A stretch of 64,000 nt of DNA from Neophaeotheca triangularis. Lineage: Eukaryota. The position numbers and the translations under genes are program-made. Positions 1-10,210 of the stretch are shown piece after piece. The number at the start of each line of letters is the position of its first letter. The first letter of the stretch is position 1. The notes beneath the pieces were generated by a model. It had not been told where the DNA came from, searched no databases, and saw only the letters and a program-made list of their open reading frames with translations. Location: contig BAAIJX010000007.1 in assembly GCA_054600435.1 (NCBI GenBank), forward strand, positions 558,001-622,000, written 5' to 3'.

Positions 1-626
1 CCAGGAGTCTCCGATGCCTTGTCCTTGACACCTGCGGCTCAATACCTGTCGATGTTGATGGAGCGGACAGCAAGCAGCACATGTGTTCTGCTGTTGCAAA
101 AATCATACCCCAGATTGAAAACGTCCGCCTGCGTATGAGAAAGATGTGCCCGGAACTTCTTGACATCCCGAAGACCGACGCTGCTTGTGTCAGGCTTCGC
201 AAGCTGATTCTAAAGACGCATCAACCCTTCTTCCCGCCCGCACCGACAATGTTGCCAGTCGATTGCGGCCCCGAATCCATACCAAGTGGCGATCCCTTGC
301 TACATAAGCGTATTATTGATGCTGTACCTAAATTTCTGAGCCTGCTATCCAGAATGCGGTCGTGTGGCCACAGTCTACTGTCGGAGGGAGATGTCGAGAA
401 CGTCGACACCGGAAGACGCCCTGATCATGGCCTCAAGAAGCTTCGTGTATCTTATGTGGAAGATGTGGAGCTTAAATACATGGATTGTCTTACCATGACT
501 ATCATCACACCGTGGACGCAATTTTGCCATTACGAAGACGATGGCACCCCTTGCTGGTTCGAGGAAGAGGACCAGGTTTCATTTATGGGTGCTCTGGGGT
601 CGGCAGAACCGCTTCGAAGGGAATGA
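1..626 (+). CDS. 3' part of a fungal F-box/LRR-type hypothetical protein (5' end outside the window)
   Basis: Frame is open from base 3 (RSLRCLVLDTCG...HMCSAVAKIIPQIENVRLRMRKMCPELL) to TGA at 624-626; the LDT.G/H.C/RLRMR..CP pattern resembles fungal F-box protein C-termini. Confidence 0.5.
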   Translation, partial: RSLRCLVLDTCGSIPVDVDGADSKQHMCSAVAKIIPQIENVRLRMRKMCPELLDIPKTDAACVRLRKLILKTHQPFFPPAPTMLPVDCGPESIPSGDPLLHKRIIDAVPKFLSLLSRMRSCGHSLLSEGDVENVDTGRRPDHGLKKLRVSYVEDVELKYMDCLTMTIITPWTQFCHYEDDGTPCWFEEEDQVSFMGALGSAEPLRRE

Positions 627-1034
627 TGGACTTGACAGCACCGCTACGGTAGATTTTTTTCGAAAATCTCGTAGAGATAGTATGGCACGCCATGCGCTTG
701 TGTTCTTCCGAAGTGAATGCTGGGTTCCCCTTTAGTATTAGCGTGCACAAACAGTTTAGAGGCTCCGTCTGTGGTTCAGGTCACCATTTGGTCGTCTTGC
801 TGAGATCACGATGGAAAGGCTTTTATTGAGATTGAGGTAACAGGGTGGAATAGGACAGCCATTGGAATTCCCGCACAGCCGAGAACCCCTCCATTCAGCT
901 CTCCACAGTGATCGTCAGCATAAAGGCCAATGGACCACAAGGGACGACCATTGTGCTTTCGAACCCTGTAGCTCGATGTTTCAAACTTCTGCATTCCTAC
1001 GAGCAGCGAGACCAATATTCTTAATAGTGATGCT

Positions 1035-2671
1035 ATGATGTCTGGTCAAGTCAATGGACAACGAAGGGGCGATCCTGGACGTCAGAAACGCCTTGTCCTC
1101 AATGCTTTCGTCGAAATGTGTAAGTATCCCATCAGAGAAATCGCCGGCGGTGCCTCTACTAGATTGCACAGCGCTAACAATGAAATCCCAGGCGCTGGTC
1201 ATCAAAGCCCAGGACTGTGGCGGCACCCGGACGACAGATCCTCAGACTTCAACTCAATCCACCACTGGATCAACCTAGCCAAACAACTCGAAGCCGGCCA
1301 CTTCCAAGGCATCTTCATAGCTGACGTGCTAGGCGGCTACGACGTCTACGGCGGGCCCAAAAATCTCACCCCAGCCATCAAATCCGGCGCCCAGTGGCCC
1401 GTCAACGAGCCCCTAGCGGTCGTCCCCGCCATGGCAGCAGCAACCCAAAGCATCGGCTTCGGCGTCACAGTCTCCACCAGCTACGAGCAGCCCTATCACC
1501 TCGCCCGCCGTCTCAGCACAATCGACCACTTGACCAACGGCCGCGTCGCCTGGAACGTCGTAACCGGCTACCTGGACAGCGCGGCTCGCAACCTTAGCTC
1601 TGGGGATTCACAAGCCTCCCACGACGACCGCTACGCCCAGTGCGAGGAGTACATGTCCGTCGTCTACGCTCTCTGGAACAGCAGCTGGCGCTCTGACGCC
1701 GTGAAGCGCGATCGCAAAACGGGCATCTACACCGACCCGGCGCGGGTCAGGGAGATCAACCACAAGGGCAAGTACTTTGACGTTCCCGGTCCGCACTTTT
1801 CGGAGCCCTCGCCGCAGCGCACGCCAGTCATCATGCAAGCGGGTACGAGCAAGGCAGGGAAAGCATTCGCGGCTCGGCATGCGGAAGCGATCTTTGTGAG
1901 CGCGCACAGTCCTGCTGCGGTGGCGGGGAGTGTAGCGGATATAAGGCGACAGGCTGCGGAGATGGGGAGGGATGGGAAGGAGATTAAGGTTTTGGCGAAG
2001 ATGTGTCCGGTGCTGGGACGTACGAGAGAGGAGGCCGAAGCGAAATATAGGGATTATGTGCGTTTTGGGGATTACGAGGGGGCTTTGGCGCTGTTTGGGG
2101 GCTGGACGGGTGTTGATATGGCTGGGTATGCAGAAAATGAGGAGTTGCGGTTTGTCGAGTCGAATGCTATTCGGTCCTATATCGAGGGGTTGATTAAGCA
2201 TGCTCCCGATGTAAATGGTGGGAAGTGGACGAAGACGACTTTGGCGGAGCACATCATGGTCGGAGGTTTGGGTGCAACGCCTGTAGGAACGCCGGAGATG
2301 GTGGCAGATGAGATGGAGAGGTGGGTTAGGGATGGAGATGTGGATGGGTTCAACATTGTAAGCGCTTGCTCGATCCTTGATGAGACTGTGATGGCTGACA
2401 TATACTTCTACAGGCGTATGCGCTTATGCCGCAGACTTTCACAGATGTTATTGAGTTGCTTATTCCTGAACTGAGAAAGCGTGAAATTTTCTGGGAGGGG
2501 TATAGGGTACCTGGTGGGACATATCGAGAGAACTTGTACGAAAAGCCAGGGCAGCATGAACCACCATCAGATCATCCAGCAGCGGCGATGATCTGGCGGC
2601 CTCCACCTGAGGATAGGGTGACACACGCGGAGGAGTATGTGCTAGATCCTGTGAGTATGCAGCTGGGCTAG
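1035..2671 (+). CDS. FMNH2-dependent monooxygenase, NtaA/SnaA/DszA family (bacterial luciferase-like)
   Basis: Motifs GHQSPGLWRHP, FIADVLGGYDVY, GRVAWNVVTGY, PSPQRTPVIMQAGTS, DVDGFN. Introns 1120-1191 (GTAAGT..GCTAAC..CAG) and 2358-2413 (GTAAGC..GCTGAC..CAG) join the ORFs to TAG at 2671. Confidence 0.9.
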
Positions 2672-2866
2672 ACGGTAGCGACTGTTAGCCCTTCTTTTCA
2701 CCTTCTTCGAAGTCTCGTATTCTCATGTAGCGATAGACGTTCAGGACACCAAGACCCTCTGCTTTTCCCGATGACTGCAAATAAAGCCGATGTCTCAAAA
2801 CTCTCCATCTCAATGGCACTGTCGCTAAAAGTACGTGAAGTTCTGCGCGCCCGTGGGCGACAAGCA

Positions 2867-3676
2867 CTAATCGTTGCCATGAGTGATTCTGTGATAGCCG
2901 CAGTGGTCACAATCGTTTAGATGACTTTCTGTATTGGGCCATGTCTCCGGATCGTTCTCGGAAAGCTCCAACAGTACTGCACCACAGGAGCCCAGGATAT
3001 TGTTGCGACAACAGAGAAAAGGCTGAACTCTTTCAAACATCTCGCACATGAGTTTAATGTCTTCGGCTTTGAGAAGCTGATCGTCTTGACCAGCACGCTC
3101 AGCGCTCATCTTGACGAACATCTTCCCGATTCTTTCTCGAGCGCGCTCAGCGGCCAGTTCGAAGGTGTAATTGTGAGTAACACCTTCTACCGTGTCAACT
3201 TTGACACCTGTCCTGGCGCGGAAGCGTAATGTGATGCCCGGTTGCTTATTCTCGATCTTGACGTGAGCGGTGAAGTTGTGGCTGTAGAAAAATAAGGAAC
3301 GCAAGCATCCAGCGTTTTCGTCTCCAATTGCTTCGAGCCAACGGTTGCAGATGGTGCGTGGTGTCCAGCTTCCAGGGTACTTGTCCGATTTCCAGCCGCG
3401 CAGATCGATCAAGTAGGTTTTGCGGCTGTAGAAGGCTTCCAGGCTTTCTTTGCGCATTTGACGGGAGACAAAGCTGGTCCAAGGCTGAAGGGCGAGAACA
3501 GGCATTTGCATCAGGTCCACCCAAGCATAGCCGGGATAGTGAAGATAGATCAGGTCTCGGATTTCTCTCGGGAGGTCGAAGATTTGGGTCGAGTCGCTAG
3601 TTGTTGAGGTACCTTCACTGGGGTCTTCAGCCCGCTCGTGGTCCTCGTTGGCAGATACAATACTGAAGTCAAGCAT
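2867..3676 (-). CDS. Hypothetical protein with an F-box-like N-terminal motif
   Basis: Part of a 312-aa ORF containing FDLPREIRDLIY; start uncertain (3676 or 3805). Confidence 0.6.
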   Translation of the reverse strand: MLDFSIVSANEDHERAEDPSEGTSTTSDSTQIFDLPREIRDLIYLHYPGYAWVDLMQMPVLALQPWTSFVSRQMRKESLEAFYSRKTYLIDLRGWKSDKYPGSWTPRTICNRWLEAIGDENAGCLRSLFFYSHNFTAHVKIENKQPGITLRFRARTGVKVDTVEGVTHNYTFELAAERARERIGKMFVKMSAERAGQDDQLLKAEDIKLMCEMFERVQPFLCCRNNILGSCGAVLLELSENDPETWPNTESHLNDCDHCGYHRITHGND

Positions 3677-4874
3677 CCTCGCACCGGCCACGCTTTTCAG
3701 GGGAAGGTGGAGGCTTGAAAGAGCGAGGGTCTTGCGGCATTTGAACTCATGGGTTTGGAAGCAGGCACACACCGTTGTTGGGGATGAGTCGTTGGATCGA
3801 TACACAGATCATTGGTGAAGTGGAGTGTCTCCTGCTCTGTGTTCAATATTGGAAGACAGTCAAGGATCACCTCGCAGGCGTTTCCATGCTGAGATCCCAT
3901 TGTGTTAGTAAGCTGCCAAGAGTTTCTATCTCGCCTTCCAGGTTCCCTGGCTCACTCAAGATACTACTCGTAGGTACCTACCTAGATATGTAGTATGTAC
4001 CTATACTGCGTTCTACACAGCAAGCGGTAGCAGCTACCATATTATCGTATCTGCCCAAAGCGACGTCTCATACCGCGAATACGATTGGAAGGCCGGCGGA
4101 CTTATGGGCAATATGACGGCCGCATCATATCCACCTGGCTTCAAGATTGCGATCAAAAGGCCGAAGCTGGCTACAGGCGCACCGCGGATAAATCTCCCTG
4201 GCATCGCGCTCACAGACGAACGCTCGGAAGAGAACGAGTGCTCTTGAACATACTTACTGGTGACCTGCGGCAATCTGAAGGCATAAGAGCAAGAACTTGT
4301 TCGGGCTGTCTATTGCCGGAGAGCTCTGACCCAGAAAAAGAAAAACCAGTCCAGATACCTACTAGTCCTCCAACCCCGCCATCTCCCGGATCATTTCCTT
4401 TGCGTGGTCCTACACTTGTTTGGGCATTTCGTTTTTCGTCTTGAAGGAGATATTGTGCTCATTTAGAAAGTTCGCCGATCCACGAGTGGGTATGCGTGCG
4501 AGAGAACAGGAACCTTATCCTTTCTAGCTTCCTTCCAATGGCGGGGAAGGCTCGCACGCAATAGCTCCTCATGCACCTCCATACCACACCCCTGACGTTT
4601 CCCCCATACTATTCCAAGGTTACTAACAGCCAAAGCAGTCATCCTGCTAGGCCGCCAACGACGATCACTCAGGAGCTATGCGAATTCCCGAGGGGGAAGC
4701 TACAACGTATGTATAATAGTCGAATGGCATGGCTCTTGAGCTTTCGAGGTCATCTTCTTTCTCTTGATGCAGGCCCTTTCCCAATGGACAGTGTGGTGTT
4801 TGTCTGATCCGTCTCCCATATCTCTGCTCTTATGTGCTGCCATTTTCTTTGTCGTGTCTGTGTCAATAACCACC

Positions 4875-7641
4875 ATGCCTTCCATCTTCTCTTCCTCGCC
4901 TTTCCTCTCCCTTCGACCGGATAAAGATTGTGGGCGGCAGAAAGAGCAAGCTGCAGCCTCAAGTTCCAGCTACTCCTCGTCTACTCAATTCAGCCAGAAA
5001 ACAGGCGCCAACGGGCATGCTAGTCGTCACGATAGTATTCACGATATTCCGCACGGCATTCCAAACGGCTTTTCCAACGGCACTTCAAACGTCAGGTCCA
5101 ACAGGAATGACGACTTTCTACGGCTCGCAACACCTCAGCAGGACTTCCTTCTTCTCCATGGTCCTCGACAGAAATACTCTCTCGAACGAGCGCAAGAAAT
5201 ACCAGAGCTGCGCGAGGACAACGAGATACTCATTCAAGTTTTAGCTATTGGTTTGAATCCTGTTGATTGGAAAGGCCCCGATTACGACTTTGGTCAACCG
5301 TCCTGGCCTTGGATCAATGGTCGCGATTTCAGCGGCTTGGTCGTAAAGGCGCCGAGGAATCCCAGCCGCATCCAGCAAGGAGACGTGGTGTTTGGCCCTT
5401 CCACGGACTATCGCAACATCCGCAAAGCAAGCTTCCAAGAGTACTGCGTCGCCACGGATGCCAACGTCGCCCGTGTGCCACAAGGTGTCGATGTCAAGGA
5501 CGTTGCTGCTCTCGGTGTTGCTTTTGTGGCGGCTGCGCTTGCACTGGGAATCAGTTTCGGTCTTGATTTTTCTACTCTCGATGGTGCCCCTAGTGGCCCA
5601 GACTTTTTAAGGCTAGTGCGATCCCTGGATTATGCCGACATTCCAGAAGACGTCAGAGAGGAGTGCTTCAGCGGTATCAATCCTTCGGAGCGACCACAGC
5701 CTGGGGACTGGCTCGTCATATGGGGAGCGAACAGCACCACCGGACAAGCCGCCTTGCAGCTCGCTAAATTGGCCGGCATGAAGGTAGCATGTGTGGCTGA
5801 TCTGGCGAAGAGCGGACAACGTCTCGGTAGCCTTGGGGCAGACTTCATGGTTGATAGGTTCGATTCGAAACGTGCAGTAGAGATCATACGAGGGGTCTCC
5901 GGTGGCAAGTTGAGGTTCGGCATTGACACTGTTGGGAAGGAGACAGCTGGATGTCTAGAGGAGGCTTTGAAGCAGACCTCGTGGTACGGACCCAAATCAC
6001 ATCTCCTCGGACTGACCGGGACGCCAAAGCAAGCCGCGAGCGGCGTTGTCCACCATAAGGTGCCAATCAAGATCTTCCACGAAGCGCCCGTTGTGGGTGA
6101 AGCGCTCATGCAGTGGCTGGAGCAACTCTTGGTTGCAAAAAGCATCAAGCTACCGGAGGTGGAGGTTGCTGATGGAGGTCTGGCCGGGATAAATGATGCG
6201 TTGGACCGCTTGCGCTCAGGCACTGTTTCCGGGCGCCGCATCGTTGTGCCAGTGGGACCAAAGACGAGTACTGCTTCGCATTCTATCAGCTCGCCACCAA
6301 GCAATGGCGCAAACGGCACAGCGACTACCAATGGCATCTCTCATGCCGAGGGAGACTTTTCTTACGCTGATTCACTCAACTCGGACCCTGAACGAGTCAA
6401 ATTCGCGTATTGGTATGTACTTCCGATTTCTTCCTCGGCGATAGATGAAAGTAACTCTCGTACAGGGTCCCCAACGTAAGCGGCGGAATGGTCATCAGCA
6501 AAATTCCTCAACGGACTAGTTGGGATCTCAAATCAAACCAGCGATATGCCAGAATGGCCGAGAAGATGGGCTTCGAATACGGTCTGACTCAGATCCGGTT
6601 CATGGCTGGATACGGCGCGGACAACCAGCACGAGTCTGTGTCCTTTTGTCAAGCACTACTCCATTCCACCGAACGAATCAAGATGATTGCTGCCCTTTTG
6701 CCGGGACCCTGGGCGCCAGCTTTAGCAGCTAAGCAAATAGCTTCGATCGACAACTATTCCGAAGGACGCATCGCTGTGAACGTGGTGTCGGGATGGTTCA
6801 AGGCGGAGGTTTGTACATTCAGAAGCCACCGTAACCTCGCGGGACTACGCACTAACATTCAATTGTATAGTTTACAAGCATAGGTCAATGGTGGTTGGAT
6901 CACGCTGAGCGCTACCGCCGCAGCCGCGAGTTCATCGAATGTCTCAAAGGCATCTGGACGACCGACAAGTTCACCTATAAGGGTGACTTCTACCAATTCC
7001 ACGACTACCCGCTGAAACCCAAACCTCTGAACCTGCCCGGCCGACCCTGGCCCGAGATCTTTCAAGGCGGCAACAGTGACGATGCCATCGACAACGCCTC
7101 TCATGTCTCAGACTATTACTTCATGAATGGCAACACGCTCGAGGGTTTCCAGTCACAGATCGCTGACGTTAGCGCCAAAGCCCTCAGAGCCGGCCGACAA
7201 GGCCAGGTACGCTTCGCCGTCAATACGTTTGTCATCTGCCGCGAGACGGAAGAAGAGGCTATTCGCGTACTACGGGAGATTCAGGGTAAAGCCGATGTCG
7301 ATGCGGTTGAGGGATTCCGTCAACAAGTGCAAAATGCGGGCGCTTCGACGGCAAACAAGCGCGGAATGTGGCAGGGCTCGGACATGCAGGACCTCGTACA
7401 ATACAACAGTGGCTTCAAGTCAAAGCTCATAGGCAGCCCTCGGCAGATCGCTGATCGAATATGCTTACTGAAGAGCCTGGGAATCGACATAATCTTAGTG
7501 GCGTTTTTGCATTACGAGGACGAGATTGAGCAGTTTGGAAAAGAGGTTCTGCCACTTGTTAGAGAGCTGGAGAAGCAGGGCAGAGGAAAGGATGAGGAGC
7601 TTGAGATTAAGTTGAACGGGCATGTCTATCGGCAGCAGTGA
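4875..7641 (+). CDS. Fusion of an MDR/GroES-like NAD(P)H oxidoreductase and an SfnG-like (dimethylsulfone/alkanesulfonate) luciferase-like monooxygenase, about 883 aa
   Basis: Exon 1 has MDR motifs (GLNPVDWK, GRDFSG, IWGANSTTG). Intron 6413-6465 gives VKFAYW|VPNVSGGMVISKIPQRTSWD and intron 6809-6870 gives KAE|FTSIGQWWLDHAERYRRS, both SfnG-type; FQGGNS and DLVQYN follow. Confidence 0.85.
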
Positions 7642-7731
7642 TCGATCGGTGTGGTGAGCGCGCTTTTACATATCACTACGAGTGCTTACAGAGTGAAAGG
7701 GGCCTGTTTGATTTTTGTATACCACATTGGC

Positions 7732-9747
7732 TCACATCAAAATATATTCGGTCAAGCATTCGCTTCTCAATCCCCACGCTGAGCAATCCATCAGACCGTC
7801 AGCAAACGCAAAGCCAATCAATCGATGGCCATCGCCAGACTGCCTGAGGATGGCCGGAAGCCTCGACCAGCACAGCAGTACCAATAGATCGTCAGGCCGA
7901 ACTGAGTGATGAGTATCTCCCTGAACACCAGAAGAAGTTACAAAGAAGCTCCTCGAGGCCTTCCTGGCGCACACCCTCTCGTGGAACTCGTCTCCAAACA
8001 TCTTCAACTCGCTAAGCCAAGACGCTTCGTCCAGCTCTGGAGGCTTTCCCATCAGAGTCGCGTGCCACGTGGTGAAGGCCGAGAACTCCAAATTTTCCGA
8101 GCTCATCTCCCATGTCAGTACGTCATGCAGAAGCCGGAGCTTGTCTGCTTGCGTGCTTGACCCGGCAGCATCGGCTGATAATGCTGACCATGCGTACATC
8201 GTCCTACTCATCTCGAGCAAGGCTTGCTCTTCTTCTCGTTCATCGCATCTTGTACCGCTCTTGGCGTTCAAGTACAGACGATGGTAGAACTCTCTTGCTG
8301 AGTCTGGGGCCGCAGAAGTCTTCGATATAGTAGAGTGTACCGATCCCTGCACACGCATTGATGGTCGAGGAGGCGAAAGATCAAAAACGGGAGGGGGATC
8401 CCATGCTGTCAATCTCGGAAGCTTCTTGAACCAGAAATCCTCAGGCACCATCCAACGCAAGTCGACGCTGTCACCCTCCCAGTCGAAGGCCCAGGATGGG
8501 AATTCCAGCGACGTTTCCTCGTTGCTCACCTCAGCGAGCATGTCAAGAGTATTTGAAGCTTTGATGATGGCGACTGTGGCTAGAATACATACCACGGACA
8601 TAGGCCGGTTGTAATCGGGCTCGGGGTAGTGCTCACAGACTCTTCGGAATATTGCATACAAGGAATAGAGCTTGTCACGCGAATCGGTAGCGCGAAGACT
8701 CCGAGCCTGCACCAGCACCTCTCGCAGATGATACCAGAACTTTGGCCCGCCTTCATGCTGCTGCAACAGGCGATGCACCCACTGCAGATCCGTATGTGTG
8801 TTGAACCCGTCCAGGCGATTCCAGAAACTTGAAGCGTAGTCGGCCGAAGCAATCATTTCGAACCAGAAAGGCCGCAGCAACCGATGAGCAAAGCGTGCAG
8901 ATTCGAATGAGCACCACGATTGACCGCAGATGAGCACTGCGTTCGTTGAGACGGACGTTTCCTGCAGCGTCCAGACTCGTTCAAAGTATGTAGTGTCCAT
9001 GAAGTCCAGCCATGGGTGGAGGTGGCCTTCATGAAGACATTCGGTGATCTCTTCTACTTTTTGAGAAATTAGTATAGCACTGCCAACAGCCCGAGCATGA
9101 CTGCTTGTAATTGTGAGCGATGGAGAAACCACACGACTTTTTAGTGCCCTCATGAGCCATTCGCAGGTACTACCAAACCGTGAAACCCTTACGAGCATAC
9201 CTTGAAGCCGACAAACAACCCGCCACACCAGCTCCCGAGCCTTCTCAGCAAAGCCCTCTTCCCTAATGCCCCCCAGCTCAACCTCCAAAAAAGGTCTCAA
9301 CCGTTCCAGCGCAACAAAATGGCGGAAAGCCCAAGTCGTTGATGGAGACCCAGGTCCTAGCCACACAAGCACACGCCCCGCCCGTCGGTAGATCTCCCCC
9401 ATCAACTTGACCTGTTGCGCACGTTCCTCGTGATTGGTCTGGTCGATACAGATGGCATCGACAAAGATAGTTCGGCTGCGCTTCGTCCGACGCAGCATTC
9501 GAAGCGCCGCGGCGCAGTTCCGGGTTACTGACAGTCTTTTCCCGCAGCATTTGACGGCAACGCTGTCGGTGGGAGACCCCCAGACGTATGAAAGAGCTTC
9601 AAAGCGTCGACATGGGTTTGAGGGATCGAGGTCTAACTCTTGCAAATCGCAGGAGAGCTCAGTGCTGGTGTCTAAAGAAGGGTGGAGTATTAAGGCGCGA
9701 AAGGATCGCTTGTGCTCGAGGGGTTCGTGGGTGTATTTGTCTTCCAT
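7732..9747 (-). CDS. HET-domain (HET-6-like) heterokaryon incompatibility protein
   Basis: Motifs FEALSYVWG, FVDAICIDQ, ERAQQVKLMGEIY, YFERVWTLQE, ATDSRDKLY, PSWAFDW; probable in-frame intron 9057-9200. Confidence 0.9.
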   Translation of the reverse strand: MEDKYTHEPLEHKRSFRALILHPSLDTSTELSCDLQELDLDPSNPCRRFEALSYVWGSPTDSVAVKCCGKRLSVTRNCAAALRMLRRTKRSRTIFVDAICIDQTNHEERAQQVKLMGEIYRRAGRVLVWLGPGSPSTTWAFRHFVALERLRPFLEVELGGIREEGFAEKARELVWRVVCRLQGMLVRVSRFGSTCEWLMRALKSRVVSPSLTITSSHARAVGSAILISQKVEEITECLHEGHLHPWLDFMDTTYFERVWTLQETSVSTNAVLICGQSWCSFESARFAHRLLRPFWFEMIASADYASSFWNRLDGFNTHTDLQWVHRLLQQHEGGPKFWYHLREVLVQARSLRATDSRDKLYSLYAIFRRVCEHYPEPDYNRPMSVVCILATVAIIKASNTLDMLAEVSNEETSLEFPSWAFDWEGDSVDLRWMVPEDFWFKKLPRLTAWDPPPVFDLSPPRPSMRVQGSVHSTISKTSAAPDSAREFYHRLYLNAKSGTRCDEREEEQALLEMSRTMYAWSALSADAAGSSTQADKLRLLHDVLTWEMSSENLEFSAFTTWHATLMGKPPELDEASWLSELKMFGDEFHERVCARKASRSFFVTSSGVQGDTHHSVRPDDLLVLLCWSRLPAILRQSGDGHRLIGFAFADGLMDCSAWGLRSECLTEYILM

Positions 9748-10210
9748 GTCTCTTGGACGTAGGTGCAGGTTGCGCTGTGCTCTGTGATGGGCCTACCTAC
9801 TCGGGGAGCTGAAGCGTTTGGTTTGACCTACATATGGTAGCTTTCTCAAATATCTTAGTGCTATTGAGATGCGTCTGGTACGTTACCTACAGAGGTAGGC
9901 AGCCTTATCAGAGGTGCTGATGTTGACCGGTGAACACGCAAGTCTTTGCTATTGGCTGTGATATGTATACGCTAGTGGCGGGATATCAAGCTCGTTTTTG
10001 TATGTCAAACAGCATGCGGTGGGCATTCACAAGGTCCCAAGGTTGTTGCGACGATCGAGAAGACGTTGATTTGTGTAAGACAACTTATTCATCAATTTGA
10101 AGTGCTTAACACGCTCGTTACGGCCGCATCACCATCTACGCCATGAATCCAGAATAACCACAACCCGAGAGCCAACGCCATACTGAACGTCTCTCAAAGC
10201 CAGTCACACC

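Noticed and set aside
682..693. ATGGCACGCCAT palindrome as a Cys-3/MetR site upstream of the monooxygenase
   Set aside because: Spacing does not match the 10-bp ATGRYRYCAT consensus, and it occurs once.
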